From an uncultured bacterium (GTDB lineage: Bacteria > Verrucomicrobiota > Verrucomicrobiia > Limisphaerales > UBA8199): a stretch of 64,000 nucleotides of DNA. Every line of letters begins with the position of its first letter. The stretch's first letter is position 1. Shown piece after piece: positions 19,441 to 29,326 of this stretch. The stretch is taken from assembly GCA_963749495.1 (NCBI GenBank), contig CAVVMW010000024.1, positions 192,001 to 256,000 of the forward strand, read 5' to 3'. The notes under the pieces are model-generated. The model was not told the origin of the DNA and made no database searches. It saw nothing but the letters and a program-made list of their open reading frames with translations. The position numbers and the translations under genes are program-made.

Positions 19441-22400
19441 ATGAGACCTGATTTCCCCTTGAAATGTTCCGGCCCAGCCTGCGGCTGCGCTGGCGCCTGG
19501 CCGCGGCGGGAGTTTCTGAAGGCGCTTGGCCTGGGCGCCGGCGCCCTAAGCATTGGCCAACTGCAGGCCATGGCCGGCCCCTTCACGCGGCAGGACTTCG
19601 ACAAGCTGGTCCCGGCGGACAAGAAGCTGCGGCCCGAGTGGGTGCAGTCCCTCACTGCTCGAGGCGAGCGCACCGTGTACCGCGGGCCGGACCTCGAACG
19701 CATCGGGATGCCCATCGGCGGCATCTGCGCCGGCCAGGTCTATCTCGGAGGCGATGGCAGGCTGTGGCATTGGGACATCTTCAACCGCCATATCGGCACC
19801 GGTGCCGAGCATTACGCCGCGCCAATGCAGCCCGGCTCGCCCTTCGGCCACGGCTTTGTCCTCCGGCTCAAGGCGGGCGGCCAGTCCCAAGGCCAGGTCC
19901 GCCCGCTCGAGCACGCCCACTGGCGCGACCTCTCGTTTGCCGGCGAGTACCCGATCGGCTATGTCGAGTACCGCGATCCCGATTGCCCGGCCAGCGTCAG
20001 CCTCCAGGCCTTCTCACCCTTCATCCCGCTGAACACCGAGGATTCCTCGCTCCCGGCGACGGTGCTCGAGTTCACGGTCAGGAACCAGGGCAGCGCCGAA
20101 CTCGAGGTCGAGCTGACCGGCTGGCTTGAAAACCCCGTCTGTCTCTACAGCGGCCAGATGCGAGCGGGTTTCCGCCACAACCGCCTGGTGCGAGTGGGGC
20201 CGCCTGCTCCCGAAACGGACCCTGCCCAGGAGCGGACCCCTCACCCCGGCCCTCTCCCCGTCAGACGGGGAGAGGGAGACGAGCGAAGCCGGCAGCCCAG
20301 CCTGCTGCCGTTCCTCTTCCTGGAGTGCAGCGCGGAAGACCTCCCTGCCGCGGCTCCGCCCCGAGGCCCGACATCGTCTTTGCGGACTTCGAAGGCGAGA
20401 CCTACGCACCCTGGGTCGCCACCGGCACCGCCTTTGGCGCCGGGCCGGTCGAGATCTCGAAGATCCCGGATTACCAGGGAGACGTTGGCGGCAAGGGCAA
20501 ACGCGTCGTCAACAGCCATGCCTCCGCCCCGGGCGGCAGCGTCACCGAGAAGGACTCTGCCACCGGCACGCTGACCAGCCCCCCGTTCACCCTCGAGCGC
20601 AACTACATCACTTTCCTCATCGGCGGCGGCTCTCACAAGGGCAGGACCTGCATGAACCTGCTCGTCGAGGACCAGGTCGTGCTCAGCGCCACCGGCCAGG
20701 ATAACAACCGGATGCGCCCGATGAGCTGGGACGTCCGGCGGTGGCCCGGCAAGACCGCCCGCCTCCAGATCGTGGACCAGGAGCAAGGCCCCTGGGGCAA
20801 TATCGGGATCGACGACATCCTCTTGAGCGACCAACCGCGCACGCCCCTGGGTCCGCTGGCTCAAGAGCCTGATTTCGGCACACTGGGCCTGGCGCTCCTG
20901 GACGCCCAACCCGGCGATTCGGGCAGCGTCGGCGCCGCAGGCCCCGGGAGCCTCGTCGACGCCGCCTCCGGAGCCCCGCCCCCGGACAAGTCTGCGCGCA
21001 GCCCCTTGGATGAGAAACTGCCCGGCTCGATCACGCGGAAGATGAAGCTCGCCCCCGGCGCTTCGGCCAAGGCCACCTTCGTCCTGGCCTGGCATTTTCC
21101 CAACCTTCGAATGAATCGCCTGCCGCCAGGCCGTTATTATGCCAGGCGCTTCGACTCCGCCCGCGCCGTCGCACAGTATGTCCGCGACCACTTCGCCCGG
21201 CTGGCCGGCCAGACGCGCCTGTGGCACGACACCTGGTATGACTCGACCCTCCCGTATTGGTTCCTGGACCGCACTTTCCTCAACACCTCCATCCTGGCCA
21301 CCTCGACTTGCCACCGCTTCGGCGACGGGCGCTTCTACGGCTGGGAAGGGGTCGGCTGCTGCGAGGGCACCTGCGGCCACGTCTGGCAATACGCCCATGC
21401 CCTGGCGCGGCTTTTCCCCGACCTGGAGCGCCTCACGCGCGAGAAGGTCGATTTCGGCCTGGCGCTTCAACCCGACGGCGCGATCCATTTCCGCGGGGAA
21501 TTCATCGATTTCCCCGCCATCGATGCCCAGGCCGGGACCATCCTGCGCGCTTTGCGCGAGCACCAGGCCAGCGCCGACAACTCTTTCCTCAAGCGGGTCT
21601 GGCCCGGCGTCAAAAGGGCCACCCAATGGCTCATCGCCAAAGACGCCAACGGCGACGGCCTGATCGAGAGCAACCAGCACAACACCCTGGACACCGATTG
21701 GTATGGGCCGGTGGCCTGGCTGAGCGGTCTCTACCTGGCCGCCTTGCTCGCCGCCCAGACCATGGCCCTGGAACTGGGCGACACCGAATTCGCCGCCCAG
21801 TGTCGCGCCATCCTCGAACGCGGCCGCAAAAACTTCGTCACCCAGCTCTTTGACGGGCAGTACTTCATCAACAAGCCCGACCCCAGGCACCTGGACGCGA
21901 TCAACTCGGGCAGCGGGTGCGAGATCGACCAGGTCTTTGGCCAGAGTTGGGCCTTCCAGGTCGGCCTGCCGCGAGTGCTGCCCGAGCAAGAGACCCTTTC
22001 GGCCCTCAAATCGCTCTGGCGTTACAACTTCACGCCGGATGTGGGACCCTACCGCCGGGCTTACAAACCCGGCCGCTGGTACGCCATGCCCGGCGAGGCC
22101 GGGCTCCTGATGTGTACCTTCCCGCGCTCGGACTGGGATTACGCCCAGGCCAAGGGCAAAGGTCCCGAATGGGCCGCCGGCTATTTCAACGAGTGCATGA
22201 ATGGTTTCGAGTACCAGGCCGCCGGGCACATGATTTGGGAGGGCCTCCTCACCGAGGGCCTTGCCGTCGCCCGCGCCGTCCACGACCGTTACCACGCCGC
22301 CCGCCGCAATCCCTGGAACGAAGTCGAGTGTGGCGACCACTACGCCCGCAGCATGGCCAGTTACGGCGTCTTCCTCGCCGCCTGCGGATACCAGCACCAC

Positions 22401-22778
22401 GGCCCGCAAGGCCGCCTGGGCTTCTTCCCGCGCCTAATCTCCGGGGGCCAATCGCCAACCGGTGCTCCTGACTCGCACCCCGCCTCATTCCGTTGCGCCT
22501 TCACCACGGCGGAAGGGTGGGGGACCTTCTCCCAACTGCACGGCGCGCGAAGCGCCCAATACGAAGTGGTCCTGAAATGGGGCAAGCTGCGCCTGCACAC
22601 CCTGGCCCTGGCCCTGCCGCGCAACCTGCGCCCCGCACAATGCCGCGTGTCCGTGGACGGCAGAACTGTCGAAACCAGCCACGAGAGCGCCGAGGGGCGG
22701 CTTAGCGTGACGTTCGCGCGCGAGGCCCATATCACAGCCGGCCAAACGCTGGCAGTAGCCGTCCACCCAGAAGCGTAG
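19441..22778 (+). CDS. Tat-exported GH116-like glycoside hydrolase, frameshift near 20360, with inserted domain and in-frame REP
   Basis: Tat motif RREFLK; GMPIGGICAG, AFSPFIPLN..DSSLP, HNTLD, NPWNEVECGDHYARSMASY. Confidence 0.85.
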
Positions 22779-22821
22779 GCGGGTGGCCGACGGCTCAGAC
22801 GGGTCCGACCCGTCCGACTGA

Positions 22822-23165
22822 TCACCGCGTAGCGGTGTCTGAAGGTAGCCGTGGACTTCCAGTCCACGGACCCAAGGGCCAAGGTCAGGCGCGTCGCGTA
22901 GCGACGCCTGAAAGTCGGACGAGATCTGCCAGCGCCAAGTCGTCAGGCGTCGCTACGCGACGCGCGGCCATTCCTGCGCCCTGGACCGTGGACCGAGGTC
23001 CACGGCTACCTTCAGTGCGTCGCTACGCGACGCCATCGCCGCCCCACCATTCCGATTTCCGTCATTCGTCATTCGTCATTCGTCATTCGTCATTCCCCAC
23101 ACCGCAATCCAGACCCAACATTCCCACCGGAACACTCCGCACTCCGCATTCCGCACTCCGCATTG
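22822..23165. repeat. Composite repeat: GTAGCCGTGGAC element + (TCATTCG)n + (CCGCACT/CCGCATT)n tail
   Basis: Tail ACCGCAATCCAGACCCAACATT...CCGCATT also at 29166-29229. Confidence 0.85.
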
Positions 23166-23224
23166 GGTCCATTCGTCATTCCCTCCTTCCCACTCCGTTC
23201 CTGCCTCGTTACAGTCCCCCTGTT

Positions 23225-24607
23225 ATGCCACTTGAAGGCGCTGCCGCGCCGGCCGCTGCCGGCGCCGGCCAGGTCCCGAGGCTGAAACGGGTTCTGGGAT
23301 TGTGGGACCTGATCGTCTATGGGATGATCATCGTGCAGATCGTGGCGCCGGTCCCGATAGCGGGGCTGCTCGAGCAACGGTCGAATGGCCACGCGGTCAC
23401 CACCGTCCTGGTGGCGCTGGTCGGCATGATGATCACCGCCGTCAGCTATGGCCGGATGGCCGTGGTCTATCCGATGGCCGGGTCCGCTTACAGCTACGTC
23501 GCCCGCAGCATGAACCCGCATCTGGGGTTCCTCGTCGGCTGGGCCATGTTCCTGGATTACCTGATCATCCCTTTGATCAGCGCCATTATTCCGGCCCTGG
23601 CCATCCAGCGCCTGGCCCCCCAGGTGCCCTTCCCGGCCCTCACTTTCCTGCTGGTGCTGGGCATGACGGCCCTGAACTTGCGCGGCATCCGGGCCACCGC
23701 CACGGCCAACGTCATCCTCCTGGCCGTTACTTCTGCGGTGGTCGGGGTGTTTCTCATCCTGGCCACGCGTTACCTCTGGCAGCGGGCGGGCTGGGGCGGC
23801 ATCTTCTCCCTGCACCCGATCTATAATCCCGCCACGTTCGATACCCGCAGCGTCTTCGGCGGCATCTCGCTGGCGGTCCTGAGCTACATCGGCTTCGACG
23901 GTGTCTCGACCCTGGCCGAAGATGTCACCAATCCCAAGCGCAACGTCGTGCTGGCCACCGTGCTGGTCTGCTTCTTCACCGGCCTGTTGAGCGCCACCGA
24001 ACTCTACTTCTTCCACCAGGTCATCCCGGACTGGAAATCGGTGGCCGACCCCAACACCTATTACCTGGACGTCATGAAGGTCGTGGGCGGCACGCTGTTC
24101 TTCACCCTTTTTTCAATCATCATGAGCGTCAGCCAGTTCGGCGCGGGCTTCACCGGCCAGGTCAGTGCCGCGCGGCTCGTCTATGGCATGGGCCGCGACA
24201 ACGTCCTGCCGCGTTCGCTCTTCGGCTACTTGAGCCCGCGCACCCAGAACCCCAGCCGCAACATCCTCCTGGTCGGCGCCCTCGCCTTTGCCGGCACCAT
24301 CATCCTGCGCTTCGACGATGCCTGCGACCTGTTGAACTTCGGCGCTTACCTTGGGTTCATGGGCGTCAATCTCTCGACCTTTTGGTGCTACTATCTCCAG
24401 GCCCCGGCCGGCCACCGCCGCCATCTGATGTGGGATGCCGTCCTGCCAATCGCCGGCTTCCTCCTCTGTTTTGTCTGTTGGCTGGGGCTGCCCAGCCTCG
24501 CCAAGCGCGTCGGCACCTGCTGGCTGGTCCTGGGCATGGCCTATTGCGCTCTCAAGACCAACGGCTTCCGCCGCCGCCCGTTGTTGTTTGATTTCAGCGA
24601 CAAGTAG
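23225..24607 (+). CDS. APC family amino acid/polyamine permease
   Basis: LKRVLGLWDL, YPMAGSAYSY, SYIGFDGVSTLAED, ARLVYGMGRD; multiple TM segments. Confidence 0.9.
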   Translation: MPLEGAAAPAAAGAGQVPRLKRVLGLWDLIVYGMIIVQIVAPVPIAGLLEQRSNGHAVTTVLVALVGMMITAVSYGRMAVVYPMAGSAYSYVARSMNPHLGFLVGWAMFLDYLIIPLISAIIPALAIQRLAPQVPFPALTFLLVLGMTALNLRGIRATATANVILLAVTSAVVGVFLILATRYLWQRAGWGGIFSLHPIYNPATFDTRSVFGGISLAVLSYIGFDGVSTLAEDVTNPKRNVVLATVLVCFFTGLLSATELYFFHQVIPDWKSVADPNTYYLDVMKVVGGTLFFTLFSIIMSVSQFGAGFTGQVSAARLVYGMGRDNVLPRSLFGYLSPRTQNPSRNILLVGALAFAGTIILRFDDACDLLNFGAYLGFMGVNLSTFWCYYLQAPAGHRRHLMWDAVLPIAGFLLCFVCWLGLPSLAKRVGTCWLVLGMAYCALKTNGFRRRPLLFDFSDK

Positions 24608-24666
24608 GCGGCTCCCGTTGCCGCAAGCCAGACCCCTCTCCCCAAGAACCTCCGCCACGTCCGAAG

Positions 24667-24752
24667 GTTTTGGACTGCGGCAGGCCTCTGCCGCTTTTCG
24701 GTCTCTGGTCCTGGGTAGGCGAAAGCGGCAGAGGACTGCCGCAGTCCAAAAC
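24667..24752. repeat. Palindromic element GTTTTGGACTGCGGCAG...CTGCCGCAGTCCAAAAC
   Basis: 17-bp inverted termini; partial arm at ~760-775 inside the ABC gene. Confidence 0.85.
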
Positions 24753-24906
24753 GCTTCGCGGCTTCGGACGCACGCTCCAATGGCCCGGTTCGGCCGGGCT
24801 CGACAAGGATGGGATGCGCCCGACCTCCGTTCAGAACCCAGTTTTTGCTTGCCCATTGAGCTTCCCACGGTTTCTCCTATTCCCAGCAGATCCTTGATCC
24901 TTGTTT

Positions 24907-26202
24907 ATGGCCCGTAAACTCATGCCCGAACAACTGGCGCTTCACGGCGGACCCAGAGCCAAAACCACGCCCCACATCCCGATGTACCCGGGCGGCCTCG
25001 AAATCGGCCCCGAGGAGAAGAGGCAGGTGCTGGAGGTCCTCCAGCGCAAATACCTCTTCCGTTACTACGGCCCCAAAGGGTTCCCCTCCAAGGTCAGCGA
25101 ACTGGAGCGGGAGTTCGCCTCGAGGTTCGGCGCCCGGCATGCCCTGGCCACCACCTCCTGCACCGGCGCCCTCATCTCCGCCCTGGTCGCCTGCGGCGTC
25201 GGGCCCGGCCACGAGGTCATCGTCAACGGCTATACCTTCTTCGCCTCGTGTGCGGCCATCGTTGGCGCCAAGGCGATCCCGGTCATTTGCGAGGCGGACG
25301 ACACCCTGACCATGGACCCCGACGACCTCGAGCGCAAAATCAACCGCAACACGCGGGCGGTCATCTGCGTCCACATGCGGGGCGCGCCGTGCGACATGGA
25401 CCGCATCAGCGCCATCTGCCGCAAGCACAAGCTCAAACTGATCGAGGATTGCGCCCAGGCCTGCGGCGGCTCCTACAAAGGCAGGAAGCTCGGCACCTTC
25501 GGCGACGTCGGCTGCTTCAGCTTCCAATATCACAAGATTATCACCGCCGGCGAAGGCGGGATGTGCCTCACCAGCGACCCCCGCCTTTACGACCGCTTGA
25601 TGGGCTACCACGACACGGCGGCCTGCTGGCGGCCCGACCGCTTCGCCGAGGAACGCTACGCGGGCGAACTCTTCTGTGGCGTCAATTATCGCATGAGCGA
25701 GCTGACCGGGGCGGTGATGCTGGCCCAGCTCAAAAAACTGGATCATCTCCTGGCCGCAATGCGCCGGAACAAGCGGCGCATCAAGGAGCGGATTTCCGGC
25801 CTGGAGGGCATCACCTTCCGCCGGCTCACCGATCCTGCGGGCGACACGGCCATCTGCCTCATCTTCATGCTCAACGACCCGAGCAAGACCGAATGCTTTG
25901 CCGAGGCGCTCCAGGCCAAGGGTGTCGGGGCCGCCGCCATTTACAACCAGGGGATTCCCGACTGGCATATCTACGCCCATTGGAAGCACATCATGTCCAA
26001 GGCCACACCCACGCCCGAAGGCTGCCCCTGGACCTGCCCGTTTCACAAAGGACCGGCGGTCCGCTACCGGCCGGATATGTGCCCCAACCTCCTGGAGTAC
26101 CTCTCGCGCGCCATCCACATCAACATCCCGCCCCAACTCACCGCCGCCGATTGCCGCATGATCGCCGACGCCATCCGCAAGGTGGCCGGCGCAATTCTCT
26201 AG
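24907..26202 (+). CDS. DegT/DnrJ/EryC1/StrS PLP-dependent aminotransferase
   Basis: IEDCAQACG, FSFQYHKIITAGEGG, NYRMSEL. Confidence 0.92.
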   Translation: MARKLMPEQLALHGGPRAKTTPHIPMYPGGLEIGPEEKRQVLEVLQRKYLFRYYGPKGFPSKVSELEREFASRFGARHALATTSCTGALISALVACGVGPGHEVIVNGYTFFASCAAIVGAKAIPVICEADDTLTMDPDDLERKINRNTRAVICVHMRGAPCDMDRISAICRKHKLKLIEDCAQACGGSYKGRKLGTFGDVGCFSFQYHKIITAGEGGMCLTSDPRLYDRLMGYHDTAACWRPDRFAEERYAGELFCGVNYRMSELTGAVMLAQLKKLDHLLAAMRRNKRRIKERISGLEGITFRRLTDPAGDTAICLIFMLNDPSKTECFAEALQAKGVGAAAIYNQGIPDWHIYAHWKHIMSKATPTPEGCPWTCPFHKGPAVRYRPDMCPNLLEYLSRAIHINIPPQLTAADCRMIADAIRKVAGAIL

Positions 26203-26274
26203 ACCGCATCTGCTCCGCCGATGCCAAGTCCGCCCCGAAACATGAGTTTAACCGAACGTGACTGTTCAGGCGTT

Positions 26275-26381
26275 GGGCAGACCTCCGGTCTGCCGGTTCA
26301 CGGAGCCTCCGGCTCCGTGTTCTTGGCGAGGCGCAACTCCGGGCCAGAGGCCCGGACAACCGGCAGACCGGAGGTCTGCCC
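26275..26381. repeat. Palindromic element GGGCAGACCTCCGGTCTGCCGGTT...AACCGGCAGACCGGAGGTCTGCCC
   Basis: 24-bp inverted arms. Confidence 0.85.
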
Positions 26382-26419
26382 CACATTCTGACGCGCACAT
26401 TTGTAAGCGCATCCAACCC

Positions 26420-27232
26420 ATGCCCGAAATTGATGTCTGTCTCGAATCGATCTTTACCGACCTGCCAGCTCACGAGCGCATCGCGAGAATCGCCCTCGCC
26501 GGCTGCCGCTGCGTCGAGTTCTGGTTCCATGACGCCACCTTCGACGGACGGGACTGCTCTCGTAAGCAGCCCAAGGACTCCGCTTCGTTGGCTGCGGCCT
26601 GCAAGCAATACGGCATGACGATCAACAACATGGTCGTCAATGCCCCGGATGGCTCATTGGGCGGCGCCCCGGTCCGGGCCCAGGACCGCAGCCGCTACCT
26701 GGACCGTCTCCAGGAGGTCATCGCCTTCTCGACCCGTCTCGGCTGCAGCAAGGCCATCACCTGCTCCGGCAATGTCCAGCCCGGCTCCAGCCGCACCCGC
26801 CAGCGGGCCAACCTCGAGCGCGCCTTGGCCCAGGCCGCCGAAATTGCCCAAAAACACTCCTTCACGCTCCTGCTCGAGCCCCTCAACACCCTTGTCGACC
26901 ACCCCGGCTACTACCTGGACTCTTCCACTGAAGGCGCTGAACTGGTCCGCGCCATCGCCAGCCCCAACCTCCGCCTGCTCTATGATGTCTATCACATGCA
27001 GATCATGGAGGGCAACGTCATCGCCACCATCCGGAAGCACCTCGATGTCATCGGCCACTTCCATTCCGCCGGCGTCCCGGGTCGCGGCGAATTGTTCACC
27101 GGCGAGCTGAATTACCCGGAGATCCTCGCCTGCATCGACGCCGCCGGCTACCAAGGCCGCTTCGGCCTCGAGTACTTCCCGAAAATGAAAGACCACCTCG
27201 CTTCACTGAAGAAGACCCTGGCCCTCCTGTGA
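26420..27232 (+). CDS. Hydroxypyruvate isomerase/xylose isomerase-like TIM barrel
   Basis: LLEPLN..DHPGY, LLYDVYHMQIMEG, PGRGE, GLEY. Confidence 0.88.
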   Translation: MPEIDVCLESIFTDLPAHERIARIALAGCRCVEFWFHDATFDGRDCSRKQPKDSASLAAACKQYGMTINNMVVNAPDGSLGGAPVRAQDRSRYLDRLQEVIAFSTRLGCSKAITCSGNVQPGSSRTRQRANLERALAQAAEIAQKHSFTLLLEPLNTLVDHPGYYLDSSTEGAELVRAIASPNLRLLYDVYHMQIMEGNVIATIRKHLDVIGHFHSAGVPGRGELFTGELNYPEILACIDAAGYQGRFGLEYFPKMKDHLASLKKTLALL

Positions 27233-28653
27233 CCCTCTCGCCCTTCCGCGTCCTCTCGCCTGCGGACATCCAGCACGTCCACCAGGCGAGCCTCGAGCTC
27301 CTGGAAACCTGCGGCGTCAAAATCCTGAACCCGCGCATCCTCTGCTTTCTGAAGGACCGGGGCCTGGCGCTGCGCTCCGGCCACGACGAGACCGTCCTGG
27401 TCAGCCGCGCGTGTGTCGAGGACGCTCTGGCGCGCGTGCCTCGCAGCTTCGAGATGTTCGACCGGGACGGGAATCTCGCCTTTCTGCTTGGGGACGGCAC
27501 GCCCCGGATTGCCGCCGGACACAACGCAGTCTTCTGGGTCGATTCAGAGACCGGCGTGACCCGCGAATCCAGGGTGGCTGACGTCGCGCAATTCGCCCGC
27601 ATCTGTGAGCAGTTGCCGAACATCAATGTCTTGGGCATCCCGGTGATGCCGCAGGACGTGCCCAATCCTGCGGCTTCACTGCTTTACGGCGTGAGGGCCT
27701 GCATCGAGCAGAGCCGCAAACCCATTTTCTTCTCGACCGATAATCCGGCTGTGAACCGCAAGGTCCTGGACATGCTGGCCGCTGTTTTCCCGAGAGACCT
27801 CCAGCGCCAGCCTTACGGCATCGGCCAACTCTCCCCCACAAGCCCGCTCTTCTGGGAAGCGCCCGTCCTGGACGCCCTCGAGGAGACCGTAAGGCGGCAG
27901 GTTCCGCTGGCCATCCTGCCCGAGCCCAACGCCGGGGTCTCGGCGCCCTTCACCCTGGCCGGGTTGCTGGCCCTCAACAATGCCGAGTGCCTCTCGGGAA
28001 TCGTCATCGCCCAATTGCTCGCCCCCGGCGCCAAACTCCTTTACGCCAATTCCTGGACCACCACCGACATGCGCAAAGGCTATGTCCTGGTCGGCAGCGT
28101 CGAGACCAGCCTTTGCCGCATCGCCGGCGCCCAACTCGCCCGTTTCTACAAGGTCCCTTGCCACACCACCGCGCCCAACTCCGACAACCACGCCCACGAC
28201 GAGCAAAACGCCTGGGAAAAAACCCTCAGCCTCTTGGCCGCCCTCGGCGCCGGCAACGACCTCATCGTCAATTGCGGCATGTTCGCCACCGGCATGACCT
28301 GCAGCCTCGAGCAGTTGGTCATGGACGAAGAAATTGCGGGGATGTGCCGGCGTCTGGCCGCAGGCATCGAGGTCAACGAGGCGACGCTCGCCGTGGACCT
28401 TATCCGGGACATTGGCCCCCAAGGCTCCGGTTACCTCACCGCCCCGCACACCCTCCAACGGCTTCGCTCCGGCGAGTACTTCTCCCCGCGGCTTGCCGTC
28501 CGCGGCCCGCGGGCGCTCTGGGAGGCGGAGGGCGCCAAAGACACCTGCCAACACGCCCGCCAGCACGCCCGAGCCCTCGCCCAGCGCTCCCCGGCCCAAC
28601 TGGACCCCAAACGCCAGGCGCTCCTCGAAGCCTTGCTGCAGACGCCTTCCTGA
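27229..28653 (+). CDS. Trimethylamine methyltransferase (MttB) superfamily protein, no in-frame amber codon
   Basis: IQHVHQASLELLETCGV, SPTSPL, APFTLAG..NAECLSG, DEQNAWEK, LEQLVMDEEI. Confidence 0.88.
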   Translation: MTLSPFRVLSPADIQHVHQASLELLETCGVKILNPRILCFLKDRGLALRSGHDETVLVSRACVEDALARVPRSFEMFDRDGNLAFLLGDGTPRIAAGHNAVFWVDSETGVTRESRVADVAQFARICEQLPNINVLGIPVMPQDVPNPAASLLYGVRACIEQSRKPIFFSTDNPAVNRKVLDMLAAVFPRDLQRQPYGIGQLSPTSPLFWEAPVLDALEETVRRQVPLAILPEPNAGVSAPFTLAGLLALNNAECLSGIVIAQLLAPGAKLLYANSWTTTDMRKGYVLVGSVETSLCRIAGAQLARFYKVPCHTTAPNSDNHAHDEQNAWEKTLSLLAALGAGNDLIVNCGMFATGMTCSLEQLVMDEEIAGMCRRLAAGIEVNEATLAVDLIRDIGPQGSGYLTAPHTLQRLRSGEYFSPRLAVRGPRALWEAEGAKDTCQHARQHARALAQRSPAQLDPKRQALLEALLQTPS

Positions 28654-28659
28654 CTCTCT

Positions 28660-29230
28660 GGCCCTCTCCCCTTCGGAAGGGCAGGTGCACGGCTACTTCC
28701 AACGCGTCGCTCCGCGATGCGCGCGGTGCCCCGGCTCACCGCCTAGCGGTGCCCGATGGTAGCCGTGGACTTCCAGTCCACGGACCCATGGCCCAAGCTC
28801 GGCCGCGTCGCGTAGCGACGCCTGAAAACCGCGAAGCTGTCAGGCGTCGCTACGCGACGCATGACCATTCCCACGCCCTGAACCGTGGACCGAGGTCCAC
28901 GGCTACCTTCACCGCGTCGCTCCGCGACGCGCGGTGCCCCCGGCTCACCGCGTAGCGGTGCCCGATGGTAGCCGTGGACTTCCACTCCACGGACCCATGG
29001 CCCAAGCTGGACCGCGTCGCGTAGCGACGCCTGAAAACCGCGACGCATGACCATTCCCACGCCCTGAACCGTGGACCGAGGTCCACGGCTTCACCGCGTT
29101 GCTCCGCGACGCCACCGCCAACCCACCATTCCGCTCTCCATCTTTCGTCATGCGTCATTGCCCGCACCGCAATCCAGACCCAACATTGCCACCGGAACAC
29201 TCCGCCTTCCGCATTCCGCACTCCGCATTT
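28660..29230. repeat. Tandem array of GTAGCCGTGGAC palindromic elements with flanking REP fragment and heptamer tail
   Basis: ~210-bp unit repeated (28725-28930, 28931-29110). Confidence 0.9.
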
Positions 29231-29326
29231 CTTCTGCGGGCCGCCTTTCATTTCTTATTGCCAAGCGCACCGCTGGTGCCTAAAGTCGGCCTCTACAGTG
29301 CAACCTCGCAACCTCATCCCCGCGCT

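Noticed and set aside
27229..28653. Pyrrolysine-containing MttB
   Set aside because: ORF is uninterrupted with no in-frame TAG; no pyl genes seen
17516..29230. Repeated GTAGCCGTGGAC units or heptamer arrays as a CRISPR array
   Set aside because: No constant 25-45-nt repeat separated by unique spacers, and no cas genes
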